From contig CAYQEJ010000001.1 of the NCBI GenBank assembly GCA_964416505.1, forward strand, positions 77,774 through 141,773: a DNA stretch of 64,000 nucleotides, in the 5' to 3' direction. Positions 30,735 through 41,115 of this stretch are shown one piece after another. This DNA comes from an uncultured Gammaproteobacteria bacterium. Its GTDB lineage: Bacteria > Patescibacteriota > Microgenomatia > Levybacterales > UBA12049. Both the position numbers and the translations under genes were made by a program. How positions within the stretch are numbered: position 1 is the first letter of the stretch; each line of letters begins with the position of its first letter. A model generated the notes under the pieces. The model was not told the origin of the DNA. It saw only the letters and a list, made by a program, of their open reading frames with translations, and searched no databases.

Positions 30735-31465
30735 AATAACCAAAGCTTTCCTCTCACCAGGAATGAGTGAAATGACATTAATATAGCGTGTACTAGACCA
30801 GCTATTCCATCAAGAAATCCAAGTTTTAAGAAAAAATTAACAAAGAACTTACCTTTAGGAAAGAAAATGATTGAAATCCAATTAACTCTCACTCTTTTTT
30901 CAAATAATTCCTCCGACCTCAAATCTGTATAAAAATTAATTTCTTTCAAAAATTCAGAGATCGATTGATGCGGATAATGCTTGATGGAATTAATAAGCTT
31001 ACCAACCTTCTTATCAGTTACCCATGTTTCATGAACTCTTCCTTTCAAACTACCTTTATTTTTATTAAATAGTCTTAAAAGCCTAATTCCTCCTGAATCA
31101 CCATGCAAAAGTGCCTTCCCCCACATAAAATCTATTCTTGGAATTAAAAATCCGGCATATTCATCCGATATAGATTCTTTTATTTCTGTAGCCAAGTCGC
31201 TATCGATCCTCTCATCTGCGTCAACAAATATCACCCATTCATTTGTGGTTTTTGAAACTCCGAAGTTTCTTTGTGCTGAAAAATCTTTATCCAAATCTCT
31301 TTTAAATACCTTAACTTTCTTAGAATCATATCTCTCAATTAAATCCAGAGTTCTATCCGAAGAATTATCATCAATTACTATTATCTCTTCACAAAATTTT
31401 AAATTCTCGATACAATCGATTATATTTTTCTCTTCATTCTTAGTTAAAACGACTGCAGAAATCAT
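30719..31465 (-). CDS. GT2 family glycosyltransferase (KdtX/LgtF-like)
   Basis: ISAVVLTKNEE, IDDNSSDRT, FSAQRNFG, FVDADE, GRVHE. Confidence 0.9.
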   Translation of the reverse strand: MISAVVLTKNEEKNIIDCIENLKFCEEIIVIDDNSSDRTLDLIERYDSKKVKVFKRDLDKDFSAQRNFGVSKTTNEWVIFVDADERIDSDLATEIKESISDEYAGFLIPRIDFMWGKALLHGDSGGIRLLRLFNKNKGSLKGRVHETWVTDKKVGKLINSIKHYPHQSISEFLKEINFYTDLRSEELFEKRVRVNWISIIFFPKGKFFVNFFLKLGFLDGIAGLVHAILMSFHSFLVRGKLWLLWQKK

Positions 31466-33660
31466 TTATTATTCACCTCTTCAACTATTATATTACTATT
31501 TTCAACACTTACATAAAACTTCTTTTTTTCATTTTTATTCGAGGGGCCATTTCCCAACCACCATGTTAAATATTCGTAATTTTGAATAAAATTAGGAAAT
31601 CCACTTGCCTGATTTTTTTCAATAATATTAAAAGGTTCACCATTTGACTTTGAAACAATTTCTCTTGATGATTTAACCAACTCCGTAAAAGTTATTTTCT
31701 GATTCTTTCGGTCAGGAAACTGGTAAATATTTAAAAATGAAATAATACAAATCAATATAATCGGAAAAAATAATAATCTCTTTTTAAAACTACCCAAAAA
31801 ATAACCTAATCCAATTGCCGCTTGAGGAAAAAACATGGGCAAATATGAAGCTGAATTAGTTTTTGCAAAAATATAAAAAATTGCAGGAATAATTAAAAAA
31901 GCAAATAAAGTGTTTTCATTTGGATTTTTAAATCTACTTCTCATAACTGATATTAATAAAAAAATCATTGGTATAATAAAAATTAAAAGAGCCAAGTATT
32001 CATTTCTTACAAAATAGAATTTACCAATATAATCTGTGATAAACTTCAAGAAAGAACCCCAGCTCTCAGTTTGACTAGGATTAATAGGAGGATATCCAAA
32101 TAAAACCGCAATTCTATATACTCCCCACACAAAAAATTTGAGAGTTTGAGGAAAACCGTTTGAAAAATCGTAAATTATCATTGGAAGTAAAGTTAAAATC
32201 AAAAAAATAAATGAAAGAACTATTATTTTCAAGTCATTCTTAAAACTTAATTTCCATTTTTTATTTTTCAAATATCCGATCGCTAAAACTACGAGCACGG
32301 TAAAAGCTAAAGAAAACGTAGCTAATACAAAGTTATATAGTGCCCCAAGAATAAATATTATTAATGGAAATTTATTTCTATCTCCTTTTACCCATTTAAA
32401 AGTTAGAAAAAATAATGCTAACGTTAACAAAGGAACAAAACTCGTATGATATGGAAGTTGTGAAGAAAAAATTACAAATGGAGAAGTTGCATAAAATAGT
32501 GATGAAAAGAATGCAACTCTAGTATTGAACATAAATCTAGCTACATAATAAATAAGTATTACTACAATTGAATCCAATAAAATTGTAAAGTACGCAGGAG
32601 CAACTGGATTGAAGTCAAAAACCTTTAACAAGAATCCAAGTATATATGTCCAATATGCTCCTTGGTGTAGCCATGGATGACTTGATGCGATTCCTACAAG
32701 AGGTATACTGTGATCCAAAAGCATATCCTTAGCTGACAAATAGTACCAAGCAACATCCGGAATGAAGAATAGTAGTTCTGATATCTTATTAATCCTGAGT
32801 AGAAATGCGAGTAAAAAAATACACAACACTAGAAATGATTCCTTGTTAAATCTGAGAAATAATTCAACAACCATAGCCTTTAAACGTCCGTAGTTTTTTT
32901 TGAAGTAAAGATATCTGCTTTTCATAAATATTTTTTTTATTTCTGAATTTTGTGTTGAGCTTTTTCCTCCAAAATGCACTATCCTAACTGTTGGAGAAAT
33001 ATAATTTTTATATCCTAATTCTTTTATTCTTTTAAATAGGTCAAATTCTTCAAAATACATAAAAAAATTATCATCAAATCCATTTATCTTTTGAAATATT
33101 TTTTTCTTAATTAAAAATGCCGTTCCAGGAAGAACCTCTATAGATCTTTCTTTTCCACTTGAATTATCAAGGTAATAATATTTTTTTAAAAATTTATTTT
33201 TCCTTAAAAAGGAGCTGATAAAACTTAGTGAAAAAATAGCATAAAGTGGCGTAAGTATTCTTGTACCTTGTAATTTATAAATTTTTTTATTTTCTTTATA
33301 AAGAGTTGGTGAAACTGCAGCAACTTTTTTATATTTTTTAAAGATATTTAGAAGATTTTCAAGATTTCCTGACAGTATATATGTATCAGGGTTAAGTATG
33401 AAGACATATTCTCCATTTGCATTATCTACACCTAAATTATTTCCATTCCCATAACCTAAATTCCCTACGTTTTTTATGTATTTAATTTTAGAAAATTTCT
33501 TCTTAAGTTCTTTTGAAATATTATCCACTTCATCATTATCAACAACTATTATTTCAAAAATCTCATTATTCCATTTTTTATTTATTGAATTTATGCATTT
33601 ATATAAATTTTCCTTAGACTTATAATTTACGACTATTATCGATACTATTTTTTTCGCCAT
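31462..33660 (-). CDS. Fusion of a WbbL-like GT2 domain and an ArnT-like GT-C membrane domain
   Basis: N-terminal VSIIVVNY, NLGYGNGNNLG, LNPD, GFDDNFFMYFEEFD, HFGGKS. From about aa 275 polytopic, with LLR...D.AWYY..A...PLVG..SS. Confidence 0.75.
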   Translation of the reverse strand: MAKKIVSIIVVNYKSKENLYKCINSINKKWNNEIFEIIVVDNDEVDNISKELKKKFSKIKYIKNVGNLGYGNGNNLGVDNANGEYVFILNPDTYILSGNLENLLNIFKKYKKVAAVSPTLYKENKKIYKLQGTRILTPLYAIFSLSFISSFLRKNKFLKKYYYLDNSSGKERSIEVLPGTAFLIKKKIFQKINGFDDNFFMYFEEFDLFKRIKELGYKNYISPTVRIVHFGGKSSTQNSEIKKIFMKSRYLYFKKNYGRLKAMVVELFLRFNKESFLVLCIFLLAFLLRINKISELLFFIPDVAWYYLSAKDMLLDHSIPLVGIASSHPWLHQGAYWTYILGFLLKVFDFNPVAPAYFTILLDSIVVILIYYVARFMFNTRVAFFSSLFYATSPFVIFSSQLPYHTSFVPLLTLALFFLTFKWVKGDRNKFPLIIFILGALYNFVLATFSLAFTVLVVLAIGYLKNKKWKLSFKNDLKIIVLSFIFLILTLLPMIIYDFSNGFPQTLKFFVWGVYRIAVLFGYPPINPSQTESWGSFLKFITDYIGKFYFVRNEYLALLIFIIPMIFLLISVMRSRFKNPNENTLFAFLIIPAIFYIFAKTNSASYLPMFFPQAAIGLGYFLGSFKKRLLFFPIILICIISFLNIYQFPDRKNQKITFTELVKSSREIVSKSNGEPFNIIEKNQASGFPNFIQNYEYLTWWLGNGPSNKNEKKKFYVSVENSNIIVEEVNNK

Positions 33661-33661
33661 A

Positions 33662-34630
33662 TTAAAGTTTATAAATTTCCTTAATCGTTCTTTTTTTCTT
33701 AGAATTAATATCGTAAAGCTTAAGGTTTCTTATTAAATTTAATCTATCATGATGATCGTCTATAAGCGTTAGATTTCTATTCTTATCCATTGACTCTCTA
33801 TACCTGCTCTCAACGTACCCGTTCTCAACAGATATTTCATCATTATTTCTTTTCTTATCTTGTCTTATGAAAAATGCATTATTTCCAGCAGAATTACTTC
33901 CAACAAAAATGTAACCTTTGCTCTTTGCTAAATTAACAATTGCTTTAAGAGATGCACCAAAATATAAATTAGAGAAGTGTTCTTTTGTACGATCAAATTC
34001 TTTTTTATACGGCACCGTTACCTCAAATTTTTTACCAAAAGTACTATTGTATTCTACAATTAAAATTTTTGGTGAAACTGAGTCAATTTCTTTCAAAAAC
34101 CAATAATCAATTCCATCTACATCAATTGATAAAATACCTATTTCTCCTGAAAATCCTTCTTCTTTAAATGTTTTGTTTACATTTTCTAAAGTTAATTTTT
34201 TATTTATAATTTTTATTCTGTGTTTATACAAAATAATTTTTCCTATTTCTGAATTTAGAAATTCAATATGGGAATTATCATCATTAATAATCAATCCTTC
34301 CCAGTTATTATTTACAAGTAAAAATCTTGTGTTTGATTCGGAGTAATTACCCACTCCAAATTCAATAAATTTTTTATTTTCAACTTTATATTTTTTTATT
34401 AAAAATTGAATAATTCCATCTTCTCCAAATTGCGAATAAATTTTAAATTCTGCATCTTGTATGTTTTTTATCTTAGAAATATCCATGTCCATTGTGTTTT
34501 TATTTCCTATAATAATTTTTAAAGAGTCAATTTCTTTCAATATTTCTTGATGCTCATACATTAAATTCCCATAAATTAAATGTCTAAACAAATTTCTAAT
34601 TTTTTTTAGTATTTCTTTTAAAATTTTCAT
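33662..34630 (-). CDS. FkbM-like methyltransferase-fold protein of glycan loci
   Basis: YSQFGEDGII, FIEFGVG, LSIDVDGIDYW, GASL.A, NAFF. Confidence 0.65.
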   Translation of the reverse strand: MKILKEILKKIRNLFRHLIYGNLMYEHQEILKEIDSLKIIIGNKNTMDMDISKIKNIQDAEFKIYSQFGEDGIIQFLIKKYKVENKKFIEFGVGNYSESNTRFLLVNNNWEGLIINDDNSHIEFLNSEIGKIILYKHRIKIINKKLTLENVNKTFKEEGFSGEIGILSIDVDGIDYWFLKEIDSVSPKILIVEYNSTFGKKFEVTVPYKKEFDRTKEHFSNLYFGASLKAIVNLAKSKGYIFVGSNSAGNNAFFIRQDKKRNNDEISVENGYVESRYRESMDKNRNLTLIDDHHDRLNLIRNLKLYDINSKKKRTIKEIYKL

Positions 34631-35730
34631 GATAAATCAAGTTTTTTAATTATAAGATTAAGAAGCATATTACTACGTATTTCCCAAGTCCAATTACTTT
34701 TAATATTTTCAGAAGAATATTTTGATAAATTTTTATATTGCCTTTTATTTAAAATTTTTTTATTCAGCACTTGAGATATTTCCTCTAAATTATCTTTTAC
34801 AAAAAAACCGTTTTTACTTTCAATAATTGTTTCAATATAACCTCCCTCTCTTATGGCTACTGTTGGAACACCACATGCTTGTGCTTCAAGGGGAACTAAT
34901 CCAAAGGGCTCGTTATATGCTAAGCATATTAAAAACATTGATTGCGAATATATTTTTCTTAAAACAGAATCATCAGAAATCCATTCTTTCTCTCTTAATA
35001 TAAATCTCACTCTTGGTTTATTTTTCATGAGCTTAATTGCTTCTATCAGTTTTTCATAACCATCAATTGGATCTTTAGAACCTATAAAAAGCAGATCATA
35101 TATCTTCTTAACCTTCATTGGGTAAAAATTTTTAATATTTACTCCCATGTAGGAAATTTCACAATTTATTTTGTAAGCACTTTTTATATTTCTTTGAGTA
35201 TATTTTGAGTTTGCAATAATCAGATTTGCCTTTAATGCATTTGATCTATCTATCACTTTTCTATTTTTCCTGTTTAATTTCTCGTATAATTTCCTTTCCA
35301 TCCTTAAACCTTTAGGTATATCAAACAATTCTTCATAAGCTATTCTGAGTGGCTCCTGACAATAATATGCTGATTTTGTTTTGATGAATCTTAATAAAAA
35401 TGGGGCCTGTGTGTATTTTGATCCATGTACAAAAACGAAATCGTAACTAAGTGAATCTATTTCTTTTGCAATTTTTTTGTGAAGAATATATATCTTAATT
35501 AACTCAATCGTATCTTTATATAATTTTACTTTCCAGTTTCCCCCTGTCCATTTTCTTGGAGTAAATTTAAAAAAATATATTTTTGAAAAATTTCTATCAA
35601 TTTTTATTTCTTTTTTTTCATCTATATAATATAGATCTACAATATTTTCTTTTTTGAAATTATTGCTGAATTCCATAACAGCACGCCTTGCGCCACCATA
35701 AGGCAGTTCATGAAATACAGCAATTTTCAT
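34627..35730 (-). CDS. GT4 family glycosyltransferase
   Basis: GGARR, YYCQEP.R, ANSKYT, EPFGLVPLEAQACGVP. Confidence 0.9.
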   Translation of the reverse strand: MKIAVFHELPYGGARRAVMEFSNNFKKENIVDLYYIDEKKEIKIDRNFSKIYFFKFTPRKWTGGNWKVKLYKDTIELIKIYILHKKIAKEIDSLSYDFVFVHGSKYTQAPFLLRFIKTKSAYYCQEPLRIAYEELFDIPKGLRMERKLYEKLNRKNRKVIDRSNALKANLIIANSKYTQRNIKSAYKINCEISYMGVNIKNFYPMKVKKIYDLLFIGSKDPIDGYEKLIEAIKLMKNKPRVRFILREKEWISDDSVLRKIYSQSMFLICLAYNEPFGLVPLEAQACGVPTVAIREGGYIETIIESKNGFFVKDNLEEISQVLNKKILNKRQYKNLSKYSSENIKSNWTWEIRSNMLLNLIIKKLDLS

Positions 35731-36554
35731 TTTTTAATTTTCTGGATGCAGATATAATCTGTTGCAAAAAATATTTTTAATATACTCATTTTAGATATTG
35801 GGTACAAATAAACAAAAACATTATACACATAATCTTTCCAACTTATGAATGGCTTATACGGAACTTTAGAAATAATATTTCCTGAAAAATAATTTTTTTT
35901 AAATAATGTTTTTAAATAAAAAATTGTTGGCTCATTTACATGCTGCTTTTTGTGAATATTATTTCGTGATTCTTTATTTACTCCCGGATAAATATTTCCG
36001 GTAAATAACTTGTTTAGCATTATAAATAATTTGTCCACGGGATAAACCCAGTATTTATGTGTGTAATCAAGATATATTTTATTTGGAGCAGTGTGCACAA
36101 TGAGTAATCCATCTGGCTTCATAACTCTTTTAATTTCTTCCATAGCTATTTCAAGTTCTTCTTTAAATAAATGCTCAAAAACATCAGAGGTAACAACTAT
36201 ATCAAAAAAATTATCTGCGAATTTTAATTTCTTAGCGTTCATCAACTTAAAATCAATTCTTTTTTTTACTTCCTCTTCCTGATACTTAATTGCATTTTTC
36301 GCTATTTTTATTCCTGCTTCCGAATAATCAATACCCATAACATTCGCTCCTAATCTAGCTAATTCAAAATCTAAGTCTCCTCTACCACATCCAATATCCA
36401 AAATTTTAGAATTTTTCTTTGGATTAATTAAATTTGCGAATTCTCTAATCGTATTATTTACAATTTTTCCTTTATGCTTATTAAATTCCTCGAAACCAAG
36501 ATTTTGTCCCAGGTAGTATTTTTTTGTATATATCTTTGAACTGACTGACTTCAT
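35727..36554 (-). CDS. Class I SAM-dependent methyltransferase
   Basis: ILDIGCGRG, GIDYS, DVFEHL, RVMKPDG. Confidence 0.9.
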   Translation of the reverse strand: MKSVSSKIYTKKYYLGQNLGFEEFNKHKGKIVNNTIREFANLINPKKNSKILDIGCGRGDLDFELARLGANVMGIDYSEAGIKIAKNAIKYQEEEVKKRIDFKLMNAKKLKFADNFFDIVVTSDVFEHLFKEELEIAMEEIKRVMKPDGLLIVHTAPNKIYLDYTHKYWVYPVDKLFIMLNKLFTGNIYPGVNKESRNNIHKKQHVNEPTIFYLKTLFKKNYFSGNIISKVPYKPFISWKDYVYNVFVYLYPISKMSILKIFFATDYICIQKIKK

Positions 36555-37774
36555 TGATTTTTGAAGATTTTGTAAGTTAGGAAGATTAATAAAGGAATCT
36601 CAAAGATCACAGAAATAATCATTGCGTAACCTGCGCCGATTATACCAAAACTTTGAATGAAAGGAATTATTGTAATTGATAAAACCAAAAGCCTTAAAGA
36701 TATTGAAATCGTTGAATAAAATTGTTTTTCTAAAGCAAAGAATAAAGAAAAGAAATTTCCAAACATTGTCCTTAAAATTCCATAAATCGAAAGAATTCTT
36801 ATTAAACCAACAATCTCAGTCCAATCTTTTCCCAATCCAACTTTAACAATTGGTTCTGCAAAAATAAATAATATTATTCCGGATGATATAGCAAAAAAGG
36901 ATGAAGTTAGAAAGACTTTAACAAATGCATTTGATAATCTTTTAAAATCCCCAGATAATTTCGAATAAACAGGAAAAGTAACTTTATTTACTACTTCAGC
37001 AATCTCACTAATAGTAAATGTGGAAACTTTATAGCCCATCTGATAGAAACCTAAAGATCCCGTACCTAAAATTTTTCCAACTAACATATTATCCAGATTT
37101 TCTGACAAATAAATAAATATTCCTGTTAGCGTTATCCATGATCCTCTCTTAAATATTTGTTTTATTTTTGTAAAATCAAAAATAAGAATTGGTACAGGTT
37201 TAAATAAAACAAATGAGAGGACAACTTCTAGGACTGCTGATGCTATTAGTCCATAAGCAAAACTAGAAGCATCTTTTGTATATATAGCTAAAATTATTAC
37301 AGATGCAGATTCTACTAAAAATAAAATCAGTCTTAAGTAAAATTCTTTTTTGAATTGGATTTCTTTTTGAATTTGAATTATAGATGGATTAATAAAACCT
37401 TTAATGAGCGGAACAATGGCTATCAAATAAATTAATTTTTGCGATTGTGATGAATTAAAAAAATCAGAAATAAAAGGTGCTAATATTATAAGTACAGTAA
37501 AAATAATAAAACCTCTTAAAATCGAGATTATCCATGCAGAATTAATATATTCTCTCCAATCATCTTTTTTTTGAACTAAAAAAACATTTATTCCCGTCTC
37601 TGTAATAATTTCCAGAAAAGATAAAACAAGAGTTGCTACACCAAAAGATCCAAACTGAGCAGGAGTCAAGATTCTAGCAAGTATTGCAAGCCTTACAAAT
37701 GTTATTCCACGAGTTGAACCTCTCAAAAGAGTCATCCAGGAAATTCCTCTTATCGCATGCAATTTATAACCCAT
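36551..37774 (-). CDS. wzx: Wzx-type polysaccharide flippase (MOP family)
   Basis: LARILTPAQFG, D..LVGK.LG...LG.Y, V..VTFP.YS; about 12 TM helices. Confidence 0.88.
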   Translation of the reverse strand: MGYKLHAIRGISWMTLLRGSTRGITFVRLAILARILTPAQFGSFGVATLVLSFLEIITETGINVFLVQKKDDWREYINSAWIISILRGFIIFTVLIILAPFISDFFNSSQSQKLIYLIAIVPLIKGFINPSIIQIQKEIQFKKEFYLRLILFLVESASVIILAIYTKDASSFAYGLIASAVLEVVLSFVLFKPVPILIFDFTKIKQIFKRGSWITLTGIFIYLSENLDNMLVGKILGTGSLGFYQMGYKVSTFTISEIAEVVNKVTFPVYSKLSGDFKRLSNAFVKVFLTSSFFAISSGIILFIFAEPIVKVGLGKDWTEIVGLIRILSIYGILRTMFGNFFSLFFALEKQFYSTISISLRLLVLSITIIPFIQSFGIIGAGYAMIISVIFEIPLLIFLTYKIFKNQ

Positions 37775-37792
37775 ATAAAAATTATATCAAGT

Positions 37793-40330
37793 TTACTTCT
37801 TATAAACTGAAATATTGAATGGGACTGTAATAAGAGAAGCAAGATAGAAATCCTTATGATTCATTTTGTATGGTTTTTTAGAGTAAAAAACACCAATCCT
37901 TCTATATCCAAGTTCGTCTAGTTTATTCTTAATTTCTCTTTTTGGGGTTTTAAGATAAAAACTCGGAGCTATCTCATCATCTGTAATTACAACATATTCT
38001 GGGTATTTAGAAGATCTTTCATCAATTAGCTGATATTTATATTTGTAATTAAAATTTATATTTGATTCTCTAAAATAATATTCCTTCTGAATTAAATCAG
38101 GAATTCCTTGATAAATTGGAATATTTTCTAAGCCAATAACGGATCCTTCTGGTACATTCTCTTCTATCCACTTAGAAGAAACTGCCTGAGGGCTTATTGC
38201 TCTTTTCGCATTTATCCACAACAAAGATTCAAATATTTGAGAACTTAAAACAAAAAACACTACTATAAAAAATAAAAACTTTTTCTTTTTATATACTTCA
38301 TTTAAAAATGTTACAGAAATCAAAACTATAAACGGAGATAAGACTAATGCTCTATTTGTAGATGCAAATATTTGGAGAGGAATTAAACTTAGGGTAAAGA
38401 AAATAAAAATAATTAACATGAATAATTCAATTTTAATTTCACCAATTTTACCTTTAATTATCTTATTCGAATATATAAACGTTAAATATATTAATGAAAT
38501 TATTGTCAGGGGAATCATCAGATGGCCAAAAATAATTGGATAATGTTTTGTAAGCAAATAAGCATATGGATTAAGTTCAATGTTAAAATTTTGAGTTGTT
38601 GCGGGACTCTGAATGATATTTTCATAAAGAAAAAGGTTTATATTTCCATTTCCAAACAAAGTATCTGGAATTCCAAATAAAAAAATAGTTACTATTAGCA
38701 CTATTAATCCACCAAAAAAATATTTAATTTCTTTAATTTTGTTATTGGAAAATAAAAAATAGGATAGTCCATACAAAGGAATTAATGGAATCGCACTTAC
38801 CTTCACCGCAAAAGACAAGCCAACTGGAATTGCTAATAAAATAAATTTCTTTCCCGTTGGATTTTTTAAATAAATAAGCATCGACAGCAAAGATAAGCTA
38901 ATAAAAAATAAGAGGGCTATATCATATTTAAAATATCCACTTAACATTAAAAAAAGAGGACTGAAAACGAACAATGAAATTGTAATTTTTTTTGAAATTT
39001 TTAAAAAATCTGCAATTTTGTAAATTAATATTATCGATAAAAGTCCGTAAATTATTGACTGAATTCTTAAAATAATAAAAATGTTTTCTCTATTTATTAA
39101 ATTTTGAACTTGAACTGAAAACGGATCAATTATTTTCAAAAAAGCAAAAGGAGCAATATAGAATCCACTGATTATGAAATTAAGCATAGTCCCATTTGCA
39201 GAACCAAACATATTTGGAGTTCCGTGAATGAAAGTATCTGCTACAGCACTTAATTGATGCCATTCATCCATGTGATAAGGATATGGATGATTAATATTTG
39301 GTATCCCAAATTTTATTGTTGAAAAAACTAAAAAAACATAAATAAAACAAATAAATATGAGAAATCTATAATTTCTAATATCTTTTTTTATTTTTCTTTT
39401 TTTTAATCTATTGAAAATGCCAGATAGTGTTCCAGTTAATACCGCAAGATCAGCAGTAAATTGTAATAATGGTAAATAAAAAAATGCCTTGTAACTCTTT
39501 ATGTATTTATAGTTTTTTCGAATTGCCCAATATACATACATTAAAGACAAAATTAGAATAAATAATAAAAGAGATTTTGATTTTTCTATTATCGAAATGA
39601 AAAATAAATAAAATAAGAGGAAATACCTCAAATATAATAAAATTACATTCGTCCGAATATTCATAGCGCTCCCGTCTCCCTTTGCATAACCAAAGAATTG
39701 CTTAAATGCTTCAATTATATTTTTTCTCTGTGGCCAACTAACAATTGCATTTTTTACGAACTTAAATTTAAGTTTTTTTAGTTTTAACTTTTTTGCAAAA
39801 TGTAAATCTTCTCCCCTAGCCATCCACTCTGGATACATTCCAGCTTCTTTCCAAGCATTTTTTTTAAATGCAATCGAACGAGATGACGGCAAATAGTTTT
39901 CGGGGTCCAATTTATCAGGCATTATACTCGTATAAATCCCTAAACATTTTTCAAAAATGTTTTTACTAAGAGGCTTGTAATAACCTGCAACTACATCTAC
40001 ATTTTTATCATTAAAGGGTTCGGAGATTTTTTTAACCCAATTCTTATCAAGTATACAATCTGAATCTGTAACTAAAATTATATTATTTTTTGCAATTCTT
40101 ATTGCTTCGTTTCTTCCTTGAGAAATATTTCCAACTAAAACCTTTACTCTAATATTTATTTTTTTATTTACATTTTTAAATTCATTGATAATTTGAACAG
40201 TGTTGTCTTTAGAACCTCCGTCAATAATTATTACTTCATCTATTTTTACTGATTGGGCTTTCAAACTCTTTAAAAAATTCAAAATCGACCCTGATTCATT
40301 CAAAACCGTTGTTATAAGAGTAATTTTCAT
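37793..40330 (-). CDS. Fusion of a GT2 domain and a GT-C-like membrane domain
   Basis: N-terminal IIDGGSKD, GRNEAI, TDSDC, GED..F. From about aa 320 a second polytopic module with HMDE in its first loop and KYD. Confidence 0.75.
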   Translation of the reverse strand: MKITLITTVLNESGSILNFLKSLKAQSVKIDEVIIIDGGSKDNTVQIINEFKNVNKKINIRVKVLVGNISQGRNEAIRIAKNNIILVTDSDCILDKNWVKKISEPFNDKNVDVVAGYYKPLSKNIFEKCLGIYTSIMPDKLDPENYLPSSRSIAFKKNAWKEAGMYPEWMARGEDLHFAKKLKLKKLKFKFVKNAIVSWPQRKNIIEAFKQFFGYAKGDGSAMNIRTNVILLYLRYFLLFYLFFISIIEKSKSLLLFILILSLMYVYWAIRKNYKYIKSYKAFFYLPLLQFTADLAVLTGTLSGIFNRLKKRKIKKDIRNYRFLIFICFIYVFLVFSTIKFGIPNINHPYPYHMDEWHQLSAVADTFIHGTPNMFGSANGTMLNFIISGFYIAPFAFLKIIDPFSVQVQNLINRENIFIILRIQSIIYGLLSIILIYKIADFLKISKKITISLFVFSPLFLMLSGYFKYDIALLFFISLSLLSMLIYLKNPTGKKFILLAIPVGLSFAVKVSAIPLIPLYGLSYFLFSNNKIKEIKYFFGGLIVLIVTIFLFGIPDTLFGNGNINLFLYENIIQSPATTQNFNIELNPYAYLLTKHYPIIFGHLMIPLTIISLIYLTFIYSNKIIKGKIGEIKIELFMLIIFIFFTLSLIPLQIFASTNRALVLSPFIVLISVTFLNEVYKKKKFLFFIVVFFVLSSQIFESLLWINAKRAISPQAVSSKWIEENVPEGSVIGLENIPIYQGIPDLIQKEYYFRESNINFNYKYKYQLIDERSSKYPEYVVITDDEIAPSFYLKTPKREIKNKLDELGYRRIGVFYSKKPYKMNHKDFYLASLITVPFNISVYKK

Positions 40331-40404
40331 ATTGGTGATTATAATACTTTTTTTTCTTCTTATGATAATTGAATTATCAAATTTCCTAAATTATAATTGT
40401 GGAA

Positions 40405-41115
40405 ATGAAAAAACATAAAATTGACATTATTCTTCCGGCATATCACGAAGAAGGAAATATAGAAAAAGTTATAACAGATATTAAAAAATTTGTTAAAACT
40501 CCTTATTTAATAACGGTAGTAATTCAGGATAAAAACGATCCGACACTTACTGTTTTAAAAAAAATAAAAAAAGGATCTCCAGGTATAAATATAGAATTCA
40601 CTCGAGACGGGAAAGGAATACTTAAGGCCTTTAAGGAGGGCTTTAGATGCACTAAAGCACCGATAATCGTAACCATGATGTCTGATTTGTCGGACAATCC
40701 CCGAGATATAGACAAAATGATTAGAAAAATCGATGAAGGATATGATCTTGTATGCGCTAGTCGAAACAGTGGAAATGGAAAAAGAATTGGAGGACCTAAA
40801 TTTAAAGGGTTTCTCTCGTGGCTTGCGTGCATTAGTTTGAAATTTTTAACAGGAATCAATACAAGTGATTCCACCAACGCATTTAAAGTTTTCAGAAGAT
40901 CTCTCCTAGAAAAAATTGATATTAAAAGTGAACAGGGATTTGAGATGCCCCTAGAACTAACGGTAAAAGCCTATGAAAAAGGATTTAAAATCACTGATGT
41001 TCCCACTATATGGAGAGACAGAAAAAGCGGAGAATCTCAATTCAAACTTTGGAAAAATATTCCTTATTATCTTAAATGGTATATATATGGAATTAAGAAC
41101 AATTTCTTCAGATAA
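40405..41115 (+). CDS. GT2, polyprenyl-phosphate glycosyltransferase (DPM1-like)
   Basis: IILPAYHEEGNI, MMSDLSD, YDLVCASR, DSTNAFK.FRR, W.DR..GESQF. TTGAAT-17-TATAAT sits 7 nt before ATG 40405. Confidence 0.88.
   Translation: MKKHKIDIILPAYHEEGNIEKVITDIKKFVKTPYLITVVIQDKNDPTLTVLKKIKKGSPGINIEFTRDGKGILKAFKEGFRCTKAPIIVTMMSDLSDNPRDIDKMIRKIDEGYDLVCASRNSGNGKRIGGPKFKGFLSWLACISLKFLTGINTSDSTNAFKVFRRSLLEKIDIKSEQGFEMPLELTVKAYEKGFKITDVPTIWRDRKSGESQFKLWKNIPYYLKWYIYGIKNNFFR

Noticed and set aside
40621-40636. CTTAAGGCCTTTAAG, and CAGGCCTT in atpB near 15893, as further repeat copies
   Set aside because: Matches are 8 nt or less, lack the TAGCYTCGC arms, and fall in ordinary conserved coding motifs.
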